DNA of 64,000 bases from Octopus bimaculoides (lineage: Eukaryota): positions 48,846,568 through 48,910,567 of the forward strand of contig NC_068992.1 of assembly GCF_001194135.2 (NCBI RefSeq). The letters run 5' to 3'. The translations under genes and the position numbers were made by a program. Positions 13,094 through 27,620 of this stretch are shown here, in pieces (within the stretch, counting starts at the first letter, position 1; each line of letters starts with the position of its first letter). The notes beneath the pieces are model-generated. The model had not been told where the DNA came from and searched no databases. It saw only the letters and a program-made list of their open reading frames with translations.

Positions 13094-13375
13094 TTTATTT
13101 ATATTAATATGATTATATGTATAGGTGAGTATGTCTGCGTGGGAGAACATAGGTGTGTGTGTATGTATATACGTGTGTGATGGAATATAGACAGACAGAC
13201 AGAAAGCGACACAGAGCGAGGTGTAAGGAACAGCGTGAAAAACAGATAGAAAGCGAGGGTAGGACGGAAAGAGAGAGAGAGAGAGAGATATAATATTTTG
13301 CTCGCATTATTCGTTTACATCAAATGTATCTGAGAGTTTACCTCAAAATCTACAAATTAATATGGTGAAATGTGT

Positions 13376-13408
<33 letters not shown>

Positions 13409-14564
13409 GTGCGTTTGTATGTGTATGTATGTACATATATACATCNNNNNNNNNNNNNNNNNNNNNNNNNNNNNNNNNNNNNNNNNNNNNNNNNNNNNNN
13501 NNNNNNNNNNNNNNNNNNNNNNNNNNNNNNNNNNNNNNNNNNNNNNNNNNNNNNNNNNNNNNNNNNNNNNNNNNNNNNNNNNNNNNNNNNNNNNNNNNNN
13601 NNNNNNNNNNNNNNNNNNNNNNNNNNNNNNNNNNNNNNNNNNNNNNNNNNNNNNNNNNNNNNNNNNNNNNNNNNNNNNNNNNNNNNNNNNNNNNNNNNNN
13701 NNNNNNNNNNNNNNNNNNNNNNNNNNNNNNNNNNNNNNNNNNNNNNNNNNNNNNNNNNNNNNNNNNNNNNNNNNNNNNNNNNNNNNNNNNNNNNNNNNNN
13801 NNNNNNNNNNNNNNNNNNNNNNNNNNNNNNNNNNNNNNNNNNNNNNNNNNNNNNNNNNNNNNNNNNNNNNNNNNNNNNNNNNNNNNNNNNNNNNNNNNNN
13901 NNNNNNNNNNNNNNNNNNNNNNNNNNNNNNNNNNNNNNNNNNNNNNNNNNNNNNNNNNNNNNNNNNNNNNNNNNNNNNNNNNNNNNNNNNNNNNNNNNNN
14001 NNNNNNNNNNNNNNNNNNNNNNNAGTGCATATCTACATTTTGTATATGTGTGTATACATATATATATATATATATATATATATGCACGTACGTATGTATA
14101 TATATATATTATCGAGTATAAATTATGAAATTGTGTTGTTGTGATGCCGGTTTTTGCTTTTGTTTTTGTATATATACTTAAAAGTACTCGATGCATACTT
14201 ATACCGGAAGTGTGTAGAGTTTAATACGTATGTTTTAAAATATGCGTGTATATATGTACGCGCGCGCACGTGTGTGTGTTTTAGTATGCATGCATACATA
14301 CATACATACATACATACGTACGTACATACATAGACCTATATGTATACATATATATAAATATGTAGAAGTATACATAAATGGGCGCAGTCTAATAACTAAA
14401 ACAAACAAAAAATAGAAAAGATAAAAAACTATAGTCTACACATATATAAGTACATATATATGAATATATATATACATATGCATATATTTATGTATATGTA
14501 TGTATACGTATACATATATGTACTTATATGACTACTTATATATATGTATATATATGTGTGTATG

Positions 14565-14603
<39 letters not shown>

Positions 14604-14957
14604 GTATATATATATATAGATATATATATATATACACATATATATAAATGTACGCACGCCACATGCATTTATATTTTAATCCATAAGCATGTATATGTAT
14701 ATTTAAAAATGTGTGTTTTTGTGCGTGAATATGTTTGTGTGTGTGTGTGTGTGTGTGTGTACGTGTGAGCATACAATCATGCTTATGTGCGAGTGTGTAC
14801 GAGCATATGCGTTGGGTAAATGAACTTCATGTAATTGTACAGTTTACCTTACAACCTCACATAAACAACTGTAGCCATCGTGCTGTGAAGTCGGCCTTTC
14901 TCGAAGTGCATCTACGTGTTTGATGTCCTAATTATAACATGCACACACACACACACA

Positions 14958-14989
<32 letters not shown>

Positions 14990-15043
14990 TACACACGGAG
15001 AGATTGAGAGAACGATATTTATTCACAGGGGCATATATATTTG

Positions 15044-15099
<56 letters not shown>

Positions 15100-16329
15100 A
15101 CGACTTCACAAATAAAAATTCGTTTAATGACGCACGCATGATCGCACAGATATTCACATAAACAATGTGAGAGGCACTACGTGGTCGCCCGATTTTCAAG
15201 AAATAACAACCAAATCGTTTTTAAATTACAACGTAAGGTCTTGGAAAAACTATTGGTGTATCATAGAGAGAGACACACACAATGCCCAAGAAAATAGCGG
15301 AATGGTTATGGTTGGAACATCTGTTGTGTCAAAGGATAATGGTCCTGTAGTTAACAACGCACATGTGCTCACAAAGACACACAGACACACACAAGCACAG
15401 AAATAAATATGCACACAGTAGGAGACTAGAACAGGGGAGGGGGAGAAGGAGGAGGAGGAGGAGGAGGTTTCCGATGTCATTCCGATCTATTCTGCCTTTT
15501 ATTTTCCATTCATTGATGATTGAACAAATGTATACCAGTCATTCACTGGGGTCGCCTATTAAATAGAATGTTCATCTCTTCATCTCTTCTCGTACTTAAA
15601 AATACCCATGTTAAAATTCTACTGATGTTGGAAACTGTTGTTATGAACTTACTCTGCAATGCAACCGTACCGAGTTCAAATCCTATAGCAGTTTTATATG
15701 CAATATGAATAAGAATAACATTCTCAACGGATGTCTCTTTCTGGTTATCTTCCATATCAATATCAACGTTGTATTGTATCAAAAGCTATGAAGTGGCAGA
15801 GATCAAATCCCGTTGGAATCAACGTGCTTCCTCATTCCTGTGGGTCGATAAAATAACTTCCATTCATGTACTGGACCTAATTCAATCAACATTCCTTGCA
15901 TTTTATATCCGTGGCCCTTTGCCAGACTTTGAGAGGCTTACTGGTCAATATTCCCCATTGCAATGGTAGAAACGATAAAGTGCTCTTGTGATATTTAGTT
16001 AACTGGGTTCTTGAGTTCAAATACAGTTGATTTCGTATTTAAGATTTCTCATTCGTTCTCCAGTGCCTACAGAGGACGTTTCTGTGCCTTCTGTACTTCA
16101 TAAATTCCGACCACCGAGAAATGTCGTCATTGCTTTCAATGGCGTCAAATTTCACCGAGGTTAGTTAACAGCATTTAACCATCTGAGATATATTGAGAAA
16201 GTACAGTAATACAATTTGTGTATGTAACCATATTGATAGATATATATACATACGTATACTACGTTATTAGATCCTCTCATAAAAGCACATACATAGATCG
16301 TGGCAAGCAATAATCGCTTGTCATGGACG

Positions 16330-16560
16330 CCGGAATTTCCAATTCTAGTGGAAATTATCTGTTAGAAGCGTGCGGTCACCGTATGCCAGTCGGTTCTAAC
16401 TGCTGCGAAATATAGGTTATCAACTTCTTTTCAGACACCGACGTCGCAAATAGCCAACAGGTTTATTAAAAATTAATTATTACAGACGAAGCAGTATTAA
16501 TACGAAAAGATAATCTTTATATCCAACATAACATAGATGTCTTGTTAGAACACCGAACGA
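16330..16560 (+). mobile_element. Highly degenerate Tc1/mariner transposase remnant
   Basis: Frame KLIITDEAVLIRKDNLYIQHN resembles the first-catalytic-Asp motif I(L/I)FTDEA.F...G..N.HN. Confidence 0.4.
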
Positions 16561-16610
16561 TGAGTTATTAGCCTGGAGAGATAGATCCATATAGACGCTT
16601 AGAGCATGAA

Positions 16611-16663
<53 letters not shown>

Positions 16664-16796
16664 CGTAACAGACGAAAATCGCCTGCATGGGTGCCGGAAT
16701 TCCAACATCACGTGATTTCATTTCTACTGGCAATCATCAGAGGAAAGCATCCGGTTACTGCTTCCGCCGCGAATAATTACTATATATATATATATA

Positions 16797-17092
16797 TTCT
16801 TTTATTCCTTTATTCTTTTACTTGTTTCAGTCATTTGACTGCGACCATGCTGGAGTACCACCTTTTAACAGAGCAAATCGACCCCAGGACTTATTCTTTN
16901 NNNNNNNNNNNNNNNNNNNNNNNNNNNNNNNNNNNNNNNNNNNNNNNNNNNNNNNNNNNNNNNNNNNNNNNNNNNNNNNNNNNNNNNNNNNNNNNNNNNN
17001 NNNNNNNNNNNNNNNNNNNNNNNNNNNNNNNNNNNNNNNNNNNNNNNNNNNNNNNNNNNNNNNNNNNNNNNNNNNNNNNNNNNNNNNNNNNN

Positions 17093-17123
<31 letters not shown>

Positions 17124-17150
17124 TACGACGGGCTTCTTTCAGTTTCCGTC
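16797..17150 (-). mobile_element. SINE family A, broken by a gap at its internal (TA)n
   Basis: Both flanks of the gap match family A: CTTTTACTTGTTTCAGTCATTTGACTGCGACCATGCTGGAG.. and ACGACGGGCTTCTTTCAGTTTCCGTCT. Confidence 0.8.
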
Positions 17151-17312
17151 TGTCGCTACGTTCTGAGTTCAAATTCGCCGAGGTCGACTCTGCTTTTCAT
17201 CCTTTCGAAGTCGATAAAATAAGTACCAGTTGAACACTGGGGTCGATGTAATTAATTCATCTCCTCCACTGAAATTCCTGCGCTTGTGGGAAGAATTTGA
17301 AACCATTATTTA
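17151..17312 (+). mobile_element. SINE family B, fused to the preceding family A copy
   Basis: GTCGCTACGTTCTGAGTTCAAATTCGCCGAGGTCGAC..CCTTTCGAAGTCGATAAAATAAGTACCAGT..AATTTGAAACCATTATT. Confidence 0.85.
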
Positions 17313-20300
17313 GTTACTTCCCGTAACGTCCCTGAGTTCAAATCCTGCTGAGGTGAACTTTTGTTTTTAGATTCTCAGTAACGATAAAAGATAAAGTATC
17401 AGTCATCTACTCGGTTCAAAATAGCCGACCATTCCCTTTCCTTCGAAAGATACAAAAAAAAATGATAACATACCCAGCACCATCTCAATCACCAAAACGA
17501 CAGAAAACATATTCTTATTATTTAATATAAATGTTTTTTTTTTAAAAAAAGAAGTCGAAGCGAAACAGAAATATATGATTTTATTACAAAATATACAGAA
17601 AAAAAACGCAGAAAGTATTTCATATTTAAAAAAAAATAAAATAGCAGAAAATATCAGAAATATATACTTTATTATTTAAATCAAAAATGGGGAAAAAAAA
17701 AACAGAAATAGAATTAAACAACAAATGAAGTTGGGATATTTAACATAAGATTTGATGAGAATTAATAACTGTTCGATAGAAAGAAATTTAGCGCCAAGAT
17801 CGAATCTAAATACAATAGCCTCGCTCAACTTAACCAATCAAATCAAATCAAATAGCAGTTTTTTTTGTTGCGGGATCATAATTTTCTTTTACTTCTTTTT
17901 GTTATTATGCATTATTGTTGTTGTCATTGTTATTATCGTTCAACTTTTGTTGTTGTAGTTGTTGTTAATGTTATAAGGCATTATTAATGTTACTGTTTTG
18001 TTGTTGTTATGGCGGTTTTCTCAAGACTTATTAATATTGTTCCCTGTGTGAGTAAGTGTGTGTGCGTGCGTGAGTGTATTTCAGCGTGTCGCTACCCTTG
18101 TGCGGATGTGCCTCTTTGTGTGAGCCTCTGTGTGTGTACCACTTGTGCCACTGTAATTGTATAGCTGTGTGTATGTATGTATGTATGTATGTATGTATGT
18201 ATCTATGTATGTGTGTGCGTGTGTTTGTATGTTTTCGTGTTCCTATATCGTGTGTGCGCTTATGTGTATTGTGTTTCTTGTAATGTGTGTGTTTATGTGT
18301 GTGTCTACGTCTGTGTGTATGTTTGTATAACTTAATGTGCATATTTTTCCATGTGAATATTTTGTGTGAGTACAAGTGTTTGTGTGAGTGTGTGTGTGTG
18401 TGTGTGTATTCGAATTTCTGCGTATAGTTCTCTGTGTATACATATAGGTTTGTTTGTCTCTCTCCACATGTATATTTATGTATGTGGTTTATTGTCTGTT
18501 TGCGTGCATCTGTAAGTCAGTGTCTATGTGAGGTTGCTGCTGCTGCTGCTGCTGCTGCTGCAGCTGTCGTTGTTGTTGTTGTTGTTGTTGTTGTTATGTT
18601 GTTGTTCCCATTATATTCCTCCCTGTTGAGTAATTGGTATGTTTATTAGCAGTCATACACATGTGAGCAATTAATATTGTTACCAATTGTTCTTTATCAA
18701 TTTATATATCTTAACTTTTTCTCTATTACCATTCTCTATAACAAAACAATACATTGTTTGTTCGTCTATTAGTTTATTTCCCTTGCAACTCCCAGCCCCA
18801 CAAACCCATCAACCCCTCCTAAATTGATTCTGTCTATTGTTTTTGTTATTGTTTTTATTTTTCATTTTCTTTGTTTTTGTTTTTTTTTCGGGGCGAATTT
18901 TGGTTGGCCCTGGGAATTCGGATTCCATTCATTCACCGTAGCAATATTTCTTCACGCTCTTCTAAACATTGTTTATTTGGCACAGAGATTCCAGAGTGGA
19001 AATTAGAAAAAAAAATCCAAGAAAAAGAAACGAAAATAAAACTAAAATAAAAGCGAAAATAAATTTCATGTGATTTGAATGGAATAACAATTCTTAAAGT
19101 TTCGGTGAAGAACGCTTTCGAGTAAAAGAACCAAGAGCTCCAAACCAACTGAATCTTGAGATCTGGTTTCTTTCCATAGATTTAGAGCTATTTCACTTCC
19201 GTCTTAAATTTCTTTAAGGAATGCATAAATTGCAATAGATCGATGTTGAGTTCTTATTTTGGCACAAGGCCTCAATTTATGATGAAATGTATAAGTGATT
19301 TAAAAACCTCCAGTATTTGACCTTAGATTTTGTTCTTTAGTCTTTAGTCGATTTGGTGCTGCGCCTTACACCAGTTCGTCCATGCCCAGCTTATCTGTCT
19401 CTGACCTTCGAAGGGTTTGTTTGGTTTCTTTGAATGGGTCCTGCAGCAAGTTAGCTTTTTATGAGATGTTGCTAACCTCTAATTCAGCCCTGTTGCTTCA
19501 CCAGGGCTTAGGACCAGATGTCACCCTGCTTTGAATGACAAATAACCATGTAAAGATCAAACAGAGAAAGACAGGCAGAGAGTGAGAGAAACAGAGAAAT
19601 CTGTCTCAGTACTTGACTGGTACTTTATTTTACTAGCCCCCACCACCGCACCCAATGTAAATAGAAATATAAAAATCGGTAAAATATAAAGAAATCAGAA
19701 CATGAAAAAGGAAATGAAATAAAACTAAAACAAATGTCTGCCATTATGATGTTGACAAGACATTCGTTACAGTTTAAGTTGAATCTTTGGTTGGCTGCCA
19801 TATTGAATTGTTCATGTCAAACCTAAAACACCTTGTTCTCTTCTATCACTAATTAAACCATACTAGAATTCTTAATCTCTGCTTCCAACAGAGACCACAA
19901 TCCTTCCGTCGCCACAACCCTCTCCCTGATAGGATCTTGAATTAAACGACAAGTCAAATTTCCGTTTAGGATTCCATCAGCGATAAAGCCTTCTCTCTGT
20001 CTCTTAACATCTCTCTCTCTCTCCCTCTCTCTCTCTCTCTCTCATTCCCTCACTCTGTCACTCGTTTACTCAGATTTTCTCTGTCTCTCACCTTCTCTCT
20101 CTCTCTCCCTCTCTTTCTCTCCCTCTCTTTCTCTCCCTCTCTCTCCCTCTCCCTGTCACTCACGGCTAATCTTCCCTTCTTCCCAGCTCGCACTGCGCAC
20201 GCCTATTTTCATATTCTCTCCCTCCCTCTCTTTCTATCTCGCGCTCTTTTCTCATTTTCATTTGCCCTTTACTTGTATCTCCTTCCTCTTCTTCACATTT

Positions 20301-21655
20301 TGCTTTCTCTCATTTTCTTCTCCATCTCGTCCTCTTTCTCTTTTTTCTTCTCTTTCTAGAGACATTTACTAACATTAAATTAAAAATAATTATTGATTTC
20401 TTGTTTAAGAACAGGGAACAGGGCACGTACCGAGTTTTCTTTCTAATTTCCCCCCTGTTTTTCGTGGGGGTAGACGGGTGTGCTATGTTTATTTCATTTT
20501 CAGATGTATAGCAGCAATATAGTTGATTGGATTCACTCAGGTGTACACCTGGTATTTTACAAAGTTTAAAACACCGGAAGTAATATTCAACACTAGCATG
20601 AAATGAACTCAAGAGGAAGAATACCGAGACTAAATACTGAACAGAAAGTCATTTCGCCGGCCGTGTTACAGTTTTTTTTTAAATTCGTATTAATTATACA
20701 CAAGATCGATTGTTTTAAACCAGAGGAATAGATTGTTTAATTTACACCATTACATTACAAGTATTTCAAAAACTTGAAAGCACGTGGATTGGTGTCTACA
20801 GCGTTCACAGACCATTGACTAGCAGTCATGGTGTAAACAGTTTCATACCCGGAGTGTGTCATCAGGATACAAGTAACTGTTCTCCAATATTCAGATGGTT
20901 TCCTGCCCCCTATGTCAGTTAACTTTTCTCAGCTACAATTTTAACCTTTAAGCTCTTTAACGTCATTGACAGTTCACCAATACATAGATCTGTTCCTGAA
21001 TAAATAAATAAAAACTTAAGAATCATCGCATTTAGCTCGAACACAAAACTTTAAAAATGCAAGAACTGCTGTCGAGTTGCTCCCCTAAAATCTTCAAGGC
21101 TGCTGTCCAACGGCTAAGACAAGTAAAATGATAAAAGAATTTTTTTATTCAATATTATCCCTAAGTTGTTTTTTTTTATTATTATATGTTCTTTAGCATT
21201 CGTATTTAGCTGCTATTTCAATCTATTTGGATCTCATCAGTACGGGGTAGTCAGGATATAGGGCCTATTGAACATTACCTTATATTGAATTAAATTATTA
21301 CTTAAACGGACGAGAAAGAAGGATGGAGTAGACATTGAAAGCATTTCGTTTGGAGGAAGCCATTATCTTTCATAGTTCCTCAGCATTGTAAAAGAGAGGA
21401 GAGATATAGCAGTAAACTTAATTCAAGATTTACATACAATTCGAAACATTATTCAGAGCAATCCAATTTATGTTTTCCCTGCGTATATTACTAATGCAAT
21501 TCTTCATTTCTTCCTTTCGGGATTTATTTCTTTATTTATCTGTAATTCCAACGGCAGCTCTACTGTCAGTATTCGTCAGTTGTTAGAAGATATTTAATGT
21601 CAGCCATACATCCATGGGTGAAACTCGGAGTAGACTATTAACTTTTGATGTTTCA

Positions 21656-21748
<93 letters not shown>

Positions 21749-22871
21749 GCATACATACATATATGCATACAGATAACGACATACACATACACATTCATAC
21801 ATACACCCACTCACACGCGTTAGTAGTAACGAACGAAAGAAAAAGTAATTAATTCCGTAAAATAGTGTATGAATAATTTACTTTGGCCAGCTGAAACCAA
21901 CATTGGCCAATACTTAGTACGAAAGCTACGCGATGTTTATCTCTGCTGTGTTGCAATACAGTTCATGACAAAATAAATGCTATTGCAAGGCGATGGGTGA
22001 AAATTTTCGTATCATTACTCAACACAAGGTAACAGATCAAAGCTTTCTTCCCATAAGCTAGCACAAGTCACGTTTTGATCTTGCATTAAGAGAAGCATTA
22101 ATTGGCATTAAAATGGAAAGATTCTTAAGATTTAGGACATGGAAAGTGACTCTCAGGGAACTAAATTTAGAAGAGAAGAAACTGAAAGCACCTACGTCTC
22201 AAAGGAAAAAAAATATGGGATTACGTGGGATTACAAGAACGGAGTTACAAAGCTAATACAGGATTAACTGGAATTGTGGTTGAAATTATCTTTCTGATCC
22301 TTAATCCTTAACTGCAGTTTGCGTAAGACGTTCAATTCGATCATCTAATGTTAACTGTATAACTAAATTCTTCGCTTCATCCGTTTACTATACTGTATTT
22401 TTTGCAAGTATGTTATATTATCATTATCTAATAGTAATCTATTTGTGCAAATGCCTGTTAAGATCAAACATATTTTTAGTTTTGCCTGCTTGCACTAATA
22501 GATTCATGAGATTTTGAAAGGTCTCTAGATACTGCTGAGCATCACTTTGAAAGTTATGGATGCAATTAGTAAATTTACCATTTGTAATAACACTACCATT
22601 TCCTTTACTCTGTTTTCTCTTTCCTCAAAACTCCCTACATATTCCTCCTGTGACTCTTCGCCAATTTATCCTCCGCCTACTATGCACAGTTGTCTTCGTT
22701 AAAATAGAACAGATCTACTAACAGGAAGGTTATGACTGTTCTGAAGCGTCGTTAAAATCCGATACATAAAACTTCCAGTGGTTTAACGGGATACAGGCTC
22801 AGCACTTCCCTAATTCTACTGGATCCCATTTTATTCTTTTCACACTTATACCGAGAATACAAGACTCTTCA

Positions 22872-22926
<55 letters not shown>

Positions 22927-22989
22927 TTATATATATTTATGTATATATATATTGGAAAACAGCCTTGAAGAATCTTTTAATCGAATGAG

Positions 22990-23292
22990 TTAATCACAGT
23001 ATTCATTTTTGTTAAGCCTGGTACTTATTCTATCGGTTTCTTTAGCTGGACCGCCAATTAACGGTGACGTAAACACACCAGCACCGGTTGTCAAGCGGTA
23101 ATGGGGGACAGACACAGACACAAACCTACACACAGTTCTTTGTGTTTCCGTCTACGAAATCCCCTCACAAGGTTTGGGTCGGCCCAAGGCTATACTAAAA
23201 GGCACTTGACCCAGTTGCCACGCAATGGGACTGAACCCGGAACCATGTGGTTGAGAAACAAGCTCCTTACCACACGACTACGCCTGCGCCTA
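22990..23292 (-). mobile_element. SINE family A (CORE-like), internally shortened
   Basis: Reverse complement of the family A head (GGCGCAGGCGTAGTCGTGTGGTAAG..GGTTCCGGGTTCAGTCCC) and body. Confidence 0.85.
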
Positions 23293-23995
23293 TATACACA
23301 TATATATATATATATATATATANNNNNNNNNNNNNNNNNNNNNNNNNNNNNNNNNNNNNNNNNNNNNNNNNNNNNNNNNNNNNNNNNNNNNNNNNNNNNN
23401 NNNNNNNNNNNNNNNNNNNNNNNNNNNNNNNNNNNNNNNNNNNNNNNNNNNNNNNNNNNNNNNNNNNNNNNNNNNNNNNNNNNNNNNNNNNNNNNNNNNN
23501 NNNNTATATATACATACATATTCATATGCATATATATATATATATAGACACGTACATTATATGTGTGTTTATGTATAACTGTGTGTGTGTGAATGTATGT
23601 GAAAGTGTGCGTGTGTGTGTGTATTTTCAGCTCATTAGAATGGGCTACCTTGTCCATTATTCCAACTTATGCCCTCCTAAGGTTCGTTACATGGTGTAAG
23701 CGCCAATATTCCTCACTGTTTTCTTTTTGTAAAAGTTAGGCATTATTCGTTCGTTTCGTTCTCACGTGGTGATAGAGTTTTCTCCTACAAATGATTTTAT
23801 GCTTTCACTTTCAAACACTTTCAGGAATATCTTCCCTTCTCTTTCTCTCCCTCCCCCTCACTCTCTCTCTCTCTCTCTCTCTCACTTTACCTATCTATCT
23901 CTTTATATATATGTATCTCTCTCTCTCTCGCTCTCTCTCTCTCTCGCTCTCTCTCTCTCTCGCTCTCTCTCTCTCTCGCTCTCTCTCTCTCTCGC

Positions 23996-24027
<32 letters not shown>

Positions 24028-26239
24028 GCTCTCTCATTCTCTTTTAATAGTGGAATTGATTATTTGTTTTTATGAGGGGTTTTTTTTCTTCTTGAGAGAA
24101 AAGAATCATTTTTTCATTCATTTATTTCTCCTCCTACTCTTCCCCCAAATCAATAATGTCAAGTGTGTGAAAACATTAATTATGAATTGATCTTTGGCAA
24201 ATATATCTGAACAGCTGAAAAGTGAGTGCATTTTCAGATTTTTTTAATTTTGTTTTTTTTTTTTAGTCTTTTTCTTCTTCCTTAAAAATTATTTTTCTCG
24301 TGTCTTCATTTCTCTCACGTTTTTTTCTGTGTTTGTTCTTTGTTGTTTCCCATGCTATTTCTACTTTTGTTTTTGTTGTTGTTCTTGCTAATGATGGTGA
24401 TGATGATGTTATTGCTGTTAATGTTCTTATTATACTTGTTATGTGCATGTATTTTTCTTTTTCTCTCTCTCTCTCTCTCTCTCCCTCTTTTCTTCATTTA
24501 TATAACGTGTTCATTTTTATGGAACAGACTTTTAATGAAAGGAAAAGTAAATGTTTAAGAGAAGTAAGCCAAGTCTGCAGAACAGAGATATGTCAGAGCA
24601 AACTTTATTTTGTCATGCATTTGGGAAGAAACAGTGGTGAGTTAATACGTTCAATAATCACATAGTTTTAGAGAGAGAGAGGGACGAGGGACAGAGAGCG
24701 AAAGAGTGAGAGGGTGAAAGAACAAATACATATACACACAGGACTAAATAAACAATAAATAAAACCATCTACCAATTCTTTAATGGTTTCTGCTTCCAAA
24801 AATACTGCCAACTCTTATCAGCTCCTCGTGATTACAGAACTACTCGATCTGGGCAGACTTCGTGCTAGACACTTACATGATTTTAATAAATCAAGAATTC
24901 ATGTTGTATGATATTTGATATGCTTGTAATAGTCTGTAATGTTCATATACATGCCGCTGACCACTCTGAGTTATTTATCTTGGCCCATTTTTGCTTGATT
25001 TATATAAAACAAGATTAGTAACTGGAGAGGGAGTACCTAGAAGTCACTCAATCAAAAATATAACTGTTTCTGATTTAGAAACATTAAGCGATTATGGTAC
25101 TTTCATTAAAGGTAAAGTTAATCTCTACGGAATTTGATCTCAGAACGTAACAAGCCAGAACAAATTTGTAAGGCATTCTATCCGACGTTCCGAGGATTCC
25201 GTCAATACATTCACGTTGTCAGTTGGAAATAATAAGCAAAATCTCGCCCAAATCAGATTTTATTGTCTTAAAAGAGGGATGCCACTTTGGATAATGTAGT
25301 GCTAAATACACCATGCCGAGGAAAACGCCAGGATGTTCACGGCAGGAATGCTACAATCGAGAAATCTTCGATTTTGGGCTACGGCTAAACAGTAACAACT
25401 AGTTTCTCTTCCCTCAGCCCACCTTACTGCATCACACACACACACATACACACACACACACACACACATACACACACACACACACACACATACATACATA
25501 GAACTCAGAACTGAGTACATTAACTTTCTGTTTCTAAGCATAATTTAATTAATACGTACACTATATTTTGTACATAGACCTTTGCGTTGACTTGTGGCCA
25601 GTGAAAAGATCCTTTTGTAGAATACGTCACTAACAACTTCTTCGATAAATTTGCTGATATTTAGGGTGATTTTATTAATATGTATTAATTAGCGATAGCG
25701 TCTAAACAAATTCGACACAGTTTACAGAAATCCCATTCGGCTACCATAAATATGCCAATAACATTTTAAATCCAGATAATGTAACCATGAAATCTAGAAA
25801 CGTGGACTATGGATTGAGGAACTTTCATGTTCCAAAGGGTAAAATGTGGAAAAATATGACCCAAAAGTCGATGTTGTCTCAGGGAAATACTGCACAGATA
25901 CAACTCAGCACCGATGTCGTTTTAAATGTTGCTGTTTGAACGCAAAAATCTGGAAAGCTTCCGCAGGAAATCATGGCCAAACCTTGAATAAATCTGCCAA
26001 TCCACTGCCTTGGATTGGTACTTTATTTCATCAACCACAAAATGGTGAAAGAGGAAGGTGACCTCGTTGAAATTTGAACTCTGCACCAAATGGTCTCATA
26101 CGTACATATAACAATGTAAAAGTATGCATGTATACCAGGTAGATAGATATATAGATAGTTTTCTTTCCAGCAAGATAGTGCATCCCCACACTATCATAAT
26201 ACCTTAATGAGATTTTGCCAAAAGGCGGGGGTGGACGTA

Positions 26240-26611
26240 GAGGTTCCGTTTAATACCCTCTGTGTTTCATGGACCTCACACTACTAGACTTATTTTTATG
26301 TGTATACTTAAAAGATAAACCTTACAGTACAAAACCGACAACAATCGATGAATTAACGGCAGCCATTCAACGAGATGCGTACAAATATCGAACGAAATGT
26401 TTCTCGATGTTTACGATTACATTGCTCCGTGTTATCAGCACTACCTGGACCAAAATGTTCATCAGCTTGCAAACAGACGTTTATGAAAGAAATTAAATTG
26501 TGTCTTTAGATTCTGTTCAATTTTGAAACTAAAATATATTTTAATAAACACTGACTTAATAATCATTCTATGTGCGTATGCGTTTTTTTTTTGTGGGGGG
26601 AGACACCCTGT
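26240..26611 (+). mobile_element. Tc1/mariner transposase C-terminal remnant with right end
   Basis: DLTLLDLFLCVYLKDKPYSTKPTTIDELTAAIQ matches the SPDLTPLDFFLWGYLK..VY..KP.T..EL motif. Ends in GACACCCTG-TA, a typical TIR end plus TA. Confidence 0.75.
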
Positions 26612-26622
26612 ATATATGTGTG

Positions 26623-27274
26623 TGTAACATATGGTATAATTATAAACAGGGCGAATTTTTAGCCGTTTCGCCACAGACTAATAAAAATGATGAGCAACCT
26701 TAATCGATTTTCGAACCTTATTGTGTTCCTATCAGTGGCGTCTGCATCATTCTGAAAGTCTCCAGAGAAACAAGCAGCCAAACTATTTATATACTCAAAA
26801 CAAATGCAACAGTTACTCTATAAAGGAGTTCTTAATAGGCATACCAAAAGTGTTTAACATTCTACAAATACCAGGGGCCTGTCAACGGGGATCTTAGTCC
26901 ACAAGGTATCAAGGTAAGATATAATAAATATGTAACANNNNNNNNNNAACAGGGCGAATTTTTAGCCGTTTCGCCACAGACTAATAAAAATGATGAGCAA
27001 CCTTAATCGATTTTCGAACCTTATTGTGTTCCTATCAGTGGCGTCTGCATCATTCTGAAAGTCTCCAGAGAAACAAGCAGCCAAACTATTTATATACTCA
27101 AAACAAATGCAACAGTTACTCTATAAAGGAGTTCTTAATAGGCATACCAAAAGTGTTTAACATTCTACAAATACCAGGGGCCTGTCAACGGGGATCTTAG
27201 TCCACAAGGTATCAAGGTAAGATATAATAAATATGTAACATATGGTATAATTATAAACAGGGCAAATTTTTAGC
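26623..27274. repeat. Tandem ~310-bp duplication across a 10-N gap
   Basis: 26645-26937 reads identical to 26948-27240. The 41-bp boundary sequence recurs at 26623-26663 and 27234-27274 with one mismatch. Confidence 0.9.
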
Positions 27275-27399
27275 TATTATTTTACACTTCTTGGATCCAG
27301 GCCTTTCTTTTTTACTAGCTTCAGCTCAAGAGCTGCGACCATGCCGATGCACTGCCATTAGCTATGTTATAATTTCTCTAAACCTCCTCTGATATGAGG

Positions 27400-27620
27400 C
27401 ATTTGGTGAATGGTGGCGGTGATGTTGCTGCCCTCATCTGTGTTTCTTGCTGCGTGGTAGGTTTCTCCTGAACTCTGGACACGAGGAATTCTTGTTTTGT
27501 TTTGAAGACCCCTACATCCATTCTATGTGAGTCTCTCGGGTTTTGTGGGAGGATATTGAAGAGTTATGGGCCCTTGAAACCCAAGCCGTTGCAGTATCAG
27601 GTCCTATATTCTGATGGCCA
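27400..27620 (-). mobile_element. CR1-like LINE 3' remnant
   Basis: Minus frame GFKGP*LFNILPQNPRDSHRMDVGVFKTKQEFLVSRVQEKPTTQQETQMRAAT resembles the GP.LFN.LP..LR....V..FK.LD..L..PD.P...RAA tail of CR1-clade ORF2. Confidence 0.65.

Noticed and set aside
16700-16760. Minus-strand CTGATGA..GAAA with palindromic TCACGTGA
   Set aside because: No stem II, G at the cleavage position and poor stem I.
20830-20875. Minus-strand CTGATGAC..GAAAC, minimal hammerhead-like
   Set aside because: Stem II has a mismatch and stem I does not pair in register; at best a decayed motif.
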